From Conidiobolus incongruus B7586 (lineage: Eukaryota): a stretch of DNA of 33,079 nt. Positions 12,471-24,570 of this stretch are shown in pieces. The notes beneath the pieces were generated by a model. The model worked only from the letters and a program-made list of their open reading frames with translations. It was not told the origin of the DNA and ran no database searches. The translations under genes and the position numbers were made by a program. Every line of letters begins with the position of its first letter. The stretch's first letter is position 1. Location: the NCBI GenBank assembly GCA_000697335.1, contig JNEM01013132.1:1-33079 (forward strand), read 5' to 3'.

Positions 12471-15009
12471 AATAAAATCTAATATTATATACTAACATTC
12501 ACATTAGGATTTTATCAACCTAAATTTTCAAAAATTATTTCACTTTATACTAATTTTACCAAACAAGTTTTAATTTCGTCAAACAATACTTTTTTTCGTC
12601 CCTGAAATTACTTCAACTTTGATAACATACACTTTAAATTTGAATCACAATTATGATCAAGATATTATTTTAAAGTTACAAATGCTCTAAATTGAGCTGA
12701 ATATGCAAGATTCGAGATAAAATTATGAATCCAGTAAATTTTGATGCTGTTAACTACGTGTTGAAACTATTTCAAATCAAACTCAAATACGAAATAAACG
12801 TATTAAGGCAAATATATTATAAAAATATGATACTGATTAATAAGCTACTACTATTGGACCTTATAATTAAAGTTTCCATTTATATTATATTAATTTCCAT
12901 GTACAATGATTTAAAAAAAGTTTCTATACATACAATTAATTTTTTTGCAATATTTATCATATCAATAATGTGGCCTTTAATTTAGCACTTTCAATTAAGA
13001 TAACTGTTGGAGTATATATATTGTTAAAAATTTAATTAAATCAGAAAGACCAAGGCCATTTAATGGATTCTGTATTTTGAATATCATATACACTCTTTTA
13101 CAGTATCAGAAAATTAATACATTATGATTTGCTAACAATTTATATTTTGAAATTCATTATCTCTAATACCGATTTTAGTTTAACTAGTTTAGTACTTTTC
13201 AAATTAGTTTATTAAAGTTTTTGAAAAAATAATTTTCACGTTATTTTGTTAATCAATAAAACAATATTATAATATATATGCTTTAATGTTGAAAATAATA
13301 TTTCCAATTTTACTAAATAAGGTTTAGCACATTATGCATAAATATTGATATATGGCTACATTTATGTAATATAGCATCAATTTTTAAAATAAATATTTAA
13401 GATTGAGAAATCAAAACTTACATTTTAATTTAATTACAGACTACTTGAATCGTATATTATAAGTATAGATTATTGTAATATTACTTGCTGATAAATGAGA
13501 TTATTTATACAAAAAAGTAAGTTATATATATATTAATAATAATATTCAATTAACAGTTATATTTTAAAGCTTATTAACTAAAATTAACATTTATATCAAT
13601 GTTTTGTATTAATGATAATTTTGATAGTGTAAATTAAATTATTAATGAGTATATATTTATAAAAATATAGAGTTATTAATACGAAATTTTCCCGAATTAA
13701 TATGTAAATATATATGTCAGTGTTAAAATATGAATATTGATTGATAAGAAAAATTATATGTTGAGTATATTGAATAGTATAGGACTAAATTATATTAATA
13801 GTTAATAGAATAATATAACTGTCTATAATTATAGTTATATTATATTAAGTTTTAAGCTTTGATCTTTATTTTCAATATATTTTTTTCAAATTTAGATCAA
13901 ATGCTGTTTTGTTAATAGGAATTTAATATTTAAAAAATCTTTAAAGTAGTATTTAATAAACAAATACCATTGAACTATCAGAAAATTCCAGAATAACAAT
14001 TATCAAGTTATAGTAGCTATTTTGATTCCAAATTATTATGAAATTATCAGGTTAAAATATTTGAGTTTGGGTATAATATAATTAAGAATTATGGTGATTT
14101 TAAAAGAAATATGTATTATAAATATAATATAAATTAAATATTTAATTTTGGTAAGAAAAAAATGATATAATAGATAACTACTTTGAAAACATAAAAATAT
14201 TCTTTATTTAAATTTAAAAAATGTAAAGTAATAATAAATTTTATAAAAAGGTATATTGATAAAATTTTGGTTAAACCTTAAAAATAAGCTTAATTTTTTC
14301 AATTTAAATTTTGAATTATATTGGATATAAAGTATATTAAACGATAAGATATTAATATAAACAAATTCACTAAAATATATCTTATCAATACAAATATATA
14401 TATAAACAATTTTTATTGATTCATTTTTCAAAATTTATATGAAATACCATTATTCTAATAGACTGTTTTCATATTAATTGAATAATTTTAACATTTCAGA
14501 CTTTGAGATAATCAGTTGAATATGTTAAAAAAATAATAATTAATTAAGAGGTATGTTAATTTGGGTTAATCATGAATAATTTGGAAATATGAAAAACACG
14601 AACTATATACAACCCAGATAAATTACTGTAGCCATAGATATATTTAAAATCATAATAACAGTGATAAAGTATATAAAAGTTAAATTTCATATATATCCAA
14701 AATGAAAATGAATTTGCAAGTCAAAGGATAAAATTATAATAGTTTAGAGTGTATTTTAATGATTTGATTACTTAGAATAATGGATCAGGCCTTTGATATT
14801 TTTTAGTCACTATTAGTTTCAATAATTTCTAAAACAAAATTTTTATATTTAAAAGTTAATATATTCAATACATATCAAGGTTTTATTAGAAGTATAATTA
14901 CCATACAATTGTATTCTATATATCTTTTGTTTCGCTTTCTCTAACATATAATAATAGTATATACTAATAACATTGGTATTAGTTAAAATGCGAAATTCAC
15001 CTATTCTAT

Positions 15010-15342
15010 TAACACGTCTTGGGAAAGCCGTGTCAGGAATAGTATAAGCAAAAGAGAGAGATCTAGGGAATTCCAGGTAAAGGTTAGTCAGATAGGGGTT
15101 TATTGGTTTAAGCCAAATAGCTGGGAGGACCCAGATCGAACTCCTTCTGTGTAGAATAGCTCTGTTTCTGGGTTCTATATATAGTGCATAGAGTAGTAGG
15201 TTTCTGGAGTTTTCTGGAGGGTTGTATCATTAGCTGATTAAAGGATAGGGTTGAAGTGGTCGGTCACGTGAGGGGGGAATGACCCTTATATTCAGTTGAA
15301 GTAAGCATATTACGTGGGAGGAGAGTCATCTGACTCGTGACA
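15010..15342 (-). mobile_element. Solo LTR of an LTR retrotransposon (about 333 bp)
   Basis: Sharp GC-rich island. The minus strand starts TGTCACGA at 15342. The other end is TAACACG (TGACACG with one G>A). CTAT is duplicated at 15006-15009 and 15343-15346. The minus strand has TATA-like CTATATATAG (about 15175-15184) followed by AATAAA (about 15099-15104). An alternative left end is TGTCAGGA at 15031, which has no TSD. Confidence 0.7.
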
Positions 15343-16864
15343 CTATATAGTCAACAAATATAACTAAATTACAAAGCTATTGTTAACCCGGAAAAATTTG
15401 ATGATATTAATTATAAATTATCAAAATTTTAAATAATTAGGTCTTAATACAGTTATATCCAAAAATCATATTGGATATATTTAGCATCATAAGCCATTGT
15501 GATTAGTGGTTTGATTTTGTATATAATATTGGGTTAGTTTATAAGTTTACCAATTTCAAATAAAAAGGTTCAAGGAAAAATAATTATGCTGACATCATTA
15601 ATATTTCTTCTTTTAAATAACAAAGTTTCGTGCTAATGATAAATTGCTTAACCCCATTTATATATTTTTCAATATATTTTTGAAATTATACTAAATATTT
15701 TGAATTACAGAGCTAAACGGTTATTGAATTTATATATTTGAGTCAAATTTTTCAATTCAATATAATAATCTTAATGAAAAGGATTTATAAATAGTGAGTA
15801 TGATGGATACAAGAATAGAGACCAGTCTTTTTAATAAACGATATTTTGATGTTTATCTATATAAGTTATTATTATACAAAATAAATATTCTTAAACTAAA
15901 TTTTCCTTTAGATAATTATCACATATACTTCTATCTGATAGTAATGGAGGGAAGTTATATTATTATTTTCCAAATTGAAAAATAATCTACTTTTCAAATA
16001 ATTTTAAACTATACATTTACAATATTGGTTTTAAATCTTAAACCGTAGCAATAATTTTATTTTTAAATAAATAATTAAATTTCAGATTATATGGTTTAGT
16101 TATCATTATTTGTATATGCAATATTGTAAACTATAAAAACATTATATTAATAATTTATATATTTAAATAATTTATAATTAAATTCTTTTCTAATTACAAC
16201 AATTGATATATATATTACTAATATTCGAATAATGTTAATATAAAATGAATATGAAGATATCAAAAAATGTTAGTTACTTTCCTATATAATTTAAATGATA
16301 TTAAAAATGATTTTTAAACAATTAATATTTTTTATTAACTATGGATTGAAAAGAAACCTTATCGAGGCAGGTTATTTAAATCAGATATTCCAATGCTAAG
16401 TTAATATATCCAAGCTATGATATTATATTTTAAAATTTTGTGTTATCAATTAAAAGATATAAAAATAAAAAGACTATTATTTTTATAATGTATATATATA
16501 TATATAATATGCTCATAATTAGTTAATATTGAATAAAAGTAACATGCAAAATCTTTTCATTTTTAAATTATTTTAAATGAAATAAAAATTTATGAAATAA
16601 AAAAATAATATACTAGTATAATATAAGTTTAATAAATAATTAAATTATCAAGGTTGATTTAAGTTAGTATAATTTGAATTTAAAATTAATTTATGGATAA
16701 TATTATATAAAAAAAATAAAAATTATAGTTTTATATAATATTATTCTAATATATTATATATTAATTATTTTTAATTTGCTAAATATATAATAAATACAAA
16801 CCAGTTATAGTGATTAGAATATAAGAATCTCTATATTGTTTGAAGTACTATATTTTTTAATATA

Positions 16865-18432
16865 TACTACCCTGTAAAAATAAGTCATAAAATTAAAAAT
16901 ATATATATTTCTATTAATATGTTAATTAATACTAATTTAAATAAACTTATATTAAACTATGTAATTAATATATATTTTTTATTTATAATATAATATATAT
17001 AGTTAAATTTAATTAATTATTAATTGATATATTAATACTAAAAATATACTTAAGATAAGTTATAAATTTACACATTTTAGTATTGATAGAAAAATTAATA
17101 TTTAATATATCTACCTTTTGCTTTTCTAACTTCTTTAAGTTTATGGGGTATAGAATCAACTAGCTTCTTATATTAAACAGGATTAATATTATTCAAAGCT
17201 TCTTAAATATACTCCTAAAGTTAATCTAAATTTTTTGCTAGGGGGAAAGCTTTAATTAATTTTTTTAGTTAATCTTAAACATATTAAATTGGGTTAAAAT
17301 TAGGAGATTGAAGAAGCTATTTCATAATAGTTATTTTGTTATTTTTAAGCTATTTAATAGTAAAATTTATAGTATAACAAGGTGTATATCTTGTTAGAAA
17401 ATAATATTTGATTTTTTTAATCTATATCATTCAATAGTTTTTTTTAATTCATTATTTAGAATACTTTAATATATCTCAATATTAATTCCCTTATCAACCC
17501 TACAAAAATACCCTACACCTAAAGATAATATACATCCCTAAACTATAATTAACCTACTATTGTATTTTTGGGTTATAGTAACATAGTAGTTATAAAGTAG
17601 TTCTTTATTTTTTTTGAAATATCTAGCTTTTTTATTAGATTTATTAAGATATATCTTTGTTTCATTAGAATAAATAACTTTACTCTAGTTAATTTCAATT
17701 CAACTTTAGTATTAGTATTTAAACTCCTACCTAACCTTATAATAGGATTTCTTTAGTTAAGGGTGTTTTTTCTTAAGATGTAAGTGATATCTATTCTAAT
17801 ATAAAGTACATATAATAGTATTAGTACTAACTAATATTCCTGTATAGTTTTATAATTCTTATTACATTTCTACAATAGTATTACACTTACCTATACTAAC
17901 TAATCTATAAATATACTTTTTATCATGTTTATCTATAATTTTAATATATTTAAGTTTTAGTTTAGGTGTTTCTTTAGCATTGTTCTTAATAACCCTAATT
18001 ATAGTAGATTAGCTAATACTAATAATTCTAATAATCTTATAAGTTGATTTATTTTCATTATAAAGTTGATTAATATATAAGTAAACTTTTTTAGAGAGAG
18101 ATTTAGGCATTATAATATTAATTTTAAAATATTAGCTTAATAGTTTTATAATATATATAATATAACAAAAGAAAAAAAAGATATATATAAGTTTTGTTAT
18201 TTATACTCTTTTAATTTATAAACCTATAAATCTATAACTCACCATAGTTAAATTTTAAGTTTTGATATATTAACCAATAGCTAATATAATATAATCAAAT
18301 ATAATTAGTTATAATTAATTAATATAGGTAAATTATATATTTTAATTTAAATTTATTTAATTAGGAATTGTTTAAGATATAAGTAAATATTTAAATAATT
18401 TTGATTTTATGACTTACTTTTGCAAGCTAGTG
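16865..18432 (-). mobile_element. Full-length degenerate Tc1-family (DD34E) DNA transposon, 1568 bp
   Basis: About 36-bp TIRs: left TACTACCCTGTAAAAATAAGTCATAAAATTAAAAAT, right reverse complement CACTAGCTTGCAAAAGTAAGTCATAAAATCAAAATT. TA on both flanks (16863-16864, 18433-18434). Contains an internal transposase relic. Confidence 0.93.
17095..18110 (-). pseudogene. Tc1 transposase pseudogene with many stops and frameshifts
   Basis: Manual translation: MPKSLSKKV...IS*STIIRVIK (HTH), LKKKHPLTK, N*SKVIYSNETK (for DWxxVIxSDETK), IIV*GC (for MVWGC), K*LLQSPNFNPI*YV* (for WPPQSPDLNPIEHVW), and C-terminal KLVDSIPHKLKEVRKAKGRYIKY*. There are 34 codons between the inferred second D and E. Confidence 0.92.
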
Positions 18433-20102
18433 TATATAATAATTATCAATTATAATAAAAAGAATAAACTGATAATTAAATTTAAAATCACCAAATTTAT
18501 TAAAGTAATATTTATATTCTATTAATTTTGTTTAATAAAATGATAGATGATTATATAACCATATTCATAATCAAGTATATCAAATAAATAAAATTCTCAT
18601 TATTTAACAAGACAATATATATTCTTTAGTAAAAATTCTTAAAATAAAATAAATCTATTATAATATAAATTATAATATAAAATATAAAGAGGAAAGAATA
18701 ATAATATCATTCTTTATTAAGAATTTGATGAATTTTTCAAAATAATAGAGAGATTATATGATAATTAAAAGGTAAATTTGGCTGAATAATATTAAAATTA
18801 TAAAATTATTTTAAATAAAAAATTATAATAATAAAGAAATTCAATCAAATAGGGTTAAATCAAATTGGGAATTAGAGTATTATTACTGAATAAATTTAAA
18901 ATTTCAAATAACACCTTTTGAAAATAGTTTTAAAATATTTGTTTAATATGCTTATATGAAGATGACTCCAAGTTAAAGAAAATATCCAATCAAGATTGTT
19001 AGATAAAATTATTTTATTTATTATAATTTCTAATAATTTGAATAATTATAATAAAAATAATTGGTATCAAAATAGAGGATTTATTAAGTTCATGCAATTA
19101 GCATTGGTGAATAAATAATCTGAACTGCGGTGGTGGTGAAATATCTATACTCCTGAAATATAATTAATTATTTTATTTGATATTTTGAAGATAAAAAATA
19201 AAAGGTTGGTGTTATTCAGGTGAATACAGAATATTTTATTAATGATTCAATATTTTGTGTTTTTGTTATTATATTAGTTGAAATTATCACCATACAATAA
19301 TTGTTGTTTCAAACAAATATACGGAAACATAACTTTGATCAAAAAATTGCGTTTAATTTTTAAAAATCAGTAACCACTACAGGAGGATTATGATTATACC
19401 TTTCTTACCTTTTAGTGATTTCACGTGTTACTATTTTAAGCTCGTTTATGATCCCTGAAATTTGGTACGGAATAAACAAACTTAATGGGATTGTTTATAT
19501 TACCATTTAAAATTATCAAAATTATTCAAAGTTGAAGCATATATTTGGATTGATTTTATATTATATTATAATAATTGAAAATTTGATAGCCTTATAAATA
19601 CAAGTATATTATCATACATCAGTTTATATCAAGATATATTTATAATCTTACGGTGAATAAAGATTTTCAATTTTTAAATTTGTATCAATAAAAATATTAA
19701 ACATTTCATTATTAAATATTAATCTACATTCAATTTTTAATTGCTTTACTAAAATTTAAATTTCTAATCAATCATTGTGGTAATATATATATTTTACTGA
19801 TTTTCTTTCAAAAAAAATATTAAATATTCATTGTTAAACATTTCCTAACATTAAACAATATTTTATAGATATTCGTTACCTTTAATCAAAAAATTCAAAT
19901 TAAACTAAAATTAAGATATTAAATAATAATATTTCATTAATTTTTAATATTAAAAGATAGATATTTTGTTAATATGTAATTTATTGTAAAGCATAACATA
20001 ATGTTTGCTCTAATAAAATCAATTATAAATGACATAATAAGCTGAAATGATAAAAAATACACATGAAAATCATAACCAATATCAATTGATGAAGAATAAT
20101 CT

Positions 20103-20526
20103 TGTCCATCACTCAAGAAACTCTGACTATTGCACTAATGCAAGAAGTCACATTGGAAGTACTTCATTTTATGAACTAGTCTAACTTAGTGCTTTCCATC
20201 TGAAGTTATTCATAGCCACCCAAACTCAACAATTGAACCTATTATAAGATCATCACAAGCCAATCAATAAACCAATCTTTCTATCTTCATTTTCAAAAGT
20301 ATCCAGTCTCTAAGTTTTTCTCGTAACACTCACAAAACGTATTGAGTTGTGACGAGCGTGAGATATTTACTTTATTCGAAGACCTTGATTTGCAGTAAGC
20401 TATTTTCACCCAATTTGGTGAACCCTCTTAATTTCCCTTAACCTTGTGGTAATCTATCATTTACCACTGGCGATTCCCCGTTTAAGCTCTAAAAGACTAC
20501 CTCCTCCCACGTTTACGGTCGTCACA
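20103..20526 (+). mobile_element. Solo-LTR-like unit (424 bp), possibly a composite of two LTR/TIR pieces
   Basis: GC-enriched island bounded TG...CA (TGTCC...CGTCACA) with ATCT duplicated at 20099-20102 and 20527-20530. TATA-like CTATTATAAG near 20238 and AATAAA near 20266. There is an internal LTR-like end TCGTAACA at 20328 and an internal inverted repeat at 20348/20526. Confidence 0.55.
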
Positions 20527-21123
20527 ATCTTGGCATATTAATTTGAAATAAATTCAGATACTCATTAGATTCATTCATATATTTTCGATACTTGAATACT
20601 AAAAATCATAAACCCTATCATACATCAGAAATGGTAAAAATATGATATCTAAATTTAAAAAACAATCACGTTATATGAAAGAGCTTGTTATACTTGGATA
20701 TTTCAATTAATAATAAATCAATTTATAAAAAAGTTAAGATTAAATATTGACATGAAATAGTAAAGTCTTAATCAAAGTAATAAATTTTTTTGAAAAACGG
20801 AGGTCATTTGATTCAATAATTCAATTCACTTGTTTTCAAAAATGTTATCTGATTCAGAATGTTAATTTTAATGTTTTATACCAATTATTAACTCACGTAA
20901 TATTTTAACAATTGAAAAATCGTCTTATGAAGTTTTCAAATTTAGAAAATTATATTTTTTGAATACTGGTTCATCTTTATGCATTTTATTGAATATTATT
21001 GATGTCATCTATTAGATCAAAAATAATTCAAAAAATATTCAAATATTAACAATATACCATTTTGATAATATATATTTGATGTTCTCAAAAATTATATTAT
21101 ACTATTTTACTATGAAATTTATC

Positions 21124-21714
21124 TTAATCAAAGTTATGGTTATATATAGTTCTGAATTCGGTATTGGGCCGCCATTTTGATTCATTTAGCGAGGGTAGCC
21201 TTAGAGGAGAGGATGAAATTTCGAACACCTGTTTTTGTGTAGGCTCGTCATTTGAGGAGAGCAAGAAGCTAAAAGATGTTCGACGTGAAGGTTGACCAAG
21301 TGAAGGTGATGAGTCTGGTTGGCTCTTTTCAACTTCAACTCTAGATATATGTGTTGACTCTAGGAGGTACTGAGTCCTCCTTTGGCATTTGATACTCTGT
21401 TTATGACCTTCTAAAATATCTTTTCGGGTAAACTGCTTGTTACATATCTTACAAGAGTAAGGCTTGACTCCGGTATGAATTCTTTGGTGCCTTACAAGCG
21501 AGTTCTTTCGATTAAAACTCTTGAAGCAGGACGTACACTTGTATCTAAAACTTGAGGAAATTGGATTATTTGAGTAAATTGGGGGTAAAGTTATTTGCGA
21601 AAGGTTGGGAAGAGGGAGTTGATTAATTGATGGTAGTATAACAGGAGACATTTGCTTTATTCCCGAATTTCTAGGATTAAATTTGAATTGTGTATGGTAA
21701 CTGTTAGCAAGCAT
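21124..21714 (-). CDS. Two-finger zinc-finger transcription factor (C2H2 + C2HC), paralog 2, 196 aa
   Basis: [55 protein letters not shown]-elevated intact ORF, paralogous to 5500-6006 and 26691-27245. Confidence 0.94.
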   Translation of the reverse strand: MLANSYHTQFKFNPRNSGIKQMSPVILPSINQLPLPNLSQITLPPIYSNNPISSSFRYKCTSCFKSFNRKNSLVRHQRIHTGVKPYSCKICNKQFTRKDILEGHKQSIKCQRRTQYLLESTHISRVEVEKSQPDSSPSLGQPSRRTSFSFLLSSNDEPTQKQVFEISSSPLRLPSLNESKWRPNTEFRTIYNHNFD

Positions 21715-21830
21715 CGCGTAATTTAAAACTATTGATATGTAAAATAATAAATAATAGCTTTGCGGAAAGTGTAAAAAGGAGACGTTAAGATGTAATTATA
21801 TTTGAGGGAAAAATGATGATTGTTGAACAA

Positions 21831-21838
21831 TTTATATA
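21831..21838 (-). promoter_or_regulatory. Candidate TATA box (TATATAAA) of ZF paralog 2
   Basis: Minus strand TCTATATAAA about 117 bp upstream of the ATG. Confidence 0.4.
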
Positions 21839-21930
21839 GAAATCATTATTTATCATGAGTAGTTTAAATAAATCCTTAACCTCTAAAACAAATTGATACA
21901 AACGCCCATTAGACAGAAATCTATTCCCAA

Positions 21931-21940
21931 AACTGTCAAT
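21931..21940 (-). promoter_or_regulatory. Conserved upstream element ATTGACAGTT (paralog 2)
   Basis: An identical 10-mer occurs in sense orientation at a similar distance upstream of paralog 3 (26479-26488). Confidence 0.45.
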
Positions 21941-24289
21941 GTTTTATTTGTTTTACAAGGTTTCTCTCTTCAATAACTGAAACAGGAAGTTCGGAGGAGG
22001 ACCCTATGAGATCCTTTTACTTTTTTTGTTATGATTTTATCACCTCACTACTCCTCGCCTATACCAAAAAGAGTAAGATCATGGCTAAATTAATGCTCCA
22101 ATTATTATATGATGTTAAGAGTTATTGAATTTTACATAATGCATGATTTTATTAGCAATAATATTTGATTTAAATCATGCTTTCGAAAATTAGTATTAGA
22201 ATTCAAGCTGAATATATTAAACATAAACAAGTACCATTATTTATATATAATATTTTGATTTTTTGTATATATTTAATAACTCATAAGTTTATTATTAGTA
22301 ATTAATTGCCTATAATCAAACCATACTTAGTCAATAGGTGTAAAAAACTTTACTAATAATTTATTATCATTATATTTTATTATTCTTATATCGATTAGTA
22401 ATATTTGCGTCTATTGAATAATAGTTTTAACTTTTAAAATCCAAATTTCAATCACAACCAAGCTTTGATATGTTTGTATCCTCAATGGGTCTTGAATACA
22501 ATATATATTGTCTAGAATATAGATTCATTTATTGAATATTTAAATTATTTTAAGATTTAAAATGATACAACAATATTTTATATTAATTATATTCTCCATA
22601 AATAATTGAATTATTGATATCAGATATATTTCATTAATAATGTCTATCAATATAAATTGCCTATTAAATTTTTCTCGCTGAATATAACTTAACAAAAGAT
22701 TAAGTATAGGGATGATTCGAAATGATTGTTGTATATAGTAATGAAAATTCCTTGATCTAGATATACAAACTTAATAGATAAAATTTAATTTAAGCTTCGG
22801 CTCTATTTGTAAAAATAATTGCAGTACAAAGTATTAATGATTAAAAATAATTAATTTTTTTTAAAATATGTTAAATCATGTATAGTATAAAGCTTTTCAA
22901 ACAATCGCATATTATTTTATGATCATCATATTTCATTTTAAAATTGCTATAAATACAAATATTAACAAATTAATTTAAACGTATTAAGTGATATGATTAA
23001 TAATTTATTTATACAAATTTATTTAATGTATTAAATTAATCATTAATAATGTTGACTGTAATGACTATATACTAATGCTGGTAAAAAAGAAGTAAATAAT
23101 AGTGACTTGTATATTGTCATCTGTTATAAACATATTAACTATTCAATTTTTTTAAATGCATTTTATTGATAAAATTTCTAGAAAAAATTATCAATTGTAA
23201 TTTTTTATGAAGTGAAACTTGTTCACTGGTTTCAGATTCAAAATTATGTGGTAAATCAACAAGATATCAAAAAATTTGCAAATTTCGTCATTTCGTACAA
23301 CATTGATATCTAAAGTAAATTTTAGGTGGCATAATATAAATATAAATCTGTCGCAGCTAGCCTAATAATAACCACCAATCATATTAATAGATTTTCAAAA
23401 AAAAATGCTTTAATCTAAATCCTACACATAATCTTTTCAATAATCTCAATTTTTTAGCCCGAATTTGTCTTTTTTGAAAATTTTAAAAAACATATTTTTA
23501 TTAATTTCATGCATAATGTTGTTTATGGTTCTATCCTACCGTAAAAATGCAAGTATGAATATAACGGCTCAATATAGCGGCAAATTTTCCAATAATTAAC
23601 TGTGAATGTGGTGTATATTTTTGTATAAAAATTATAGAGTACCTTATATAAATATATAATGATTAATTTCAAAATTATAATATTTTCAGCCAATTTGGCT
23701 TTATAAATAATCAAAAATTGTTAATCATTTTAAGTTAATAATTGATACCTTTTTTGTAAATTATATCATATTGAATTGTTTCATGTTAAATATACTAAAT
23801 AATGGTTAAAGTGATTGAATAATTTTCTTAAAATTTAATTATTCATATACTTTTTGTGTATTATAAAATATTTGGATATTTAAATTTATTGCTGAAGAAG
23901 GATTATGGCGCCTAATTTATGGGTCTATTCCAACTCAATATTCTTAAAATTTAAAAATGATTAACAGTTATGAGATTAAATTATATTAATATATAAGTTG
24001 TATATGGTTAGAGTATTAGAATTTTTCATAATAAATTACCTACAATAGGATCATGTCAAGATTGCCAATAATCATATTAATTTTAATACATTAATTCCCA
24101 TTGTTTTAAATTAATATTTCATACAAACTTTCAAGGCGTCCAGTAAATAAATGTAGAATAATAGCTATTTAACATACCAATTTTATTCATAGAATACAAA
24201 TTAGCACTTTTTTATAAAGTAAATATATTACTTGACTAAAAATAAAAATTATGATATTTACTCAATGAGAAATTGTATCTAGTTATATT

Positions 24290-24570
24290 ATGAATCAAAG
24301 TATTAGATGTTTTATAACCAAATTATACAGAATTTTCTTTCAAAAAGTGATATATATTTAATATCGTGGATGGCACAGGAGTCATTGCTGAAGCTGTTTT
24401 TTTCAATAATGTGGCCTAAAACATTATAGAATTGATGAAATCCAGGATGCAGAAAATAATTAAAAATTGGATTCTAAAATTAGATTTAATTCAACAGATG
24501 GCACATTATATAACTTGAGTCGAATGATATTATCCTTTCTGAGGCTCAAGACACTAATATATTATTAACC
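24290..24570 (+). pseudogene. Possible OB-fold (RPA70-like) gene relic
   Basis: Locally GC-richer. 24357-24419 reads FNIVDGTGVIAEAVFFNNVA*, resembling the hhDxTGxhxhhhFN strand pattern of RPA-type OB folds. Flanked by frameshifted, stop-interrupted segments. By-eye similarity only. Confidence 0.3.

Noticed and set aside
13044..13076. ERPRPFNGF as the start of an HMG box (mating-type-like)
   Set aside because: No downstream HMG features (no S..LG..W or W..L helix), and the following residues are hydrophobic.
13802..13848. Small AT-rich hairpin (ATAATATAACT / AGTTATATTAT) and other short palindromes such as TTATTGATCAATAA near 6593
   Set aside because: Nearly all A/T, so such inverted repeats are expected by chance at this composition.
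6187..23714. Short ORFs 6187-6381, 6665-6853, 9337-9552, 12725-12985, 14204-14431, 15794-15985 and 23523-23714
   Set aside because: They are 62-86 aa, dominated by I/K/N/F/Y/L from AT-rich codons, several with non-ATG starts, and have no GC rise or motifs. This is expected by chance.
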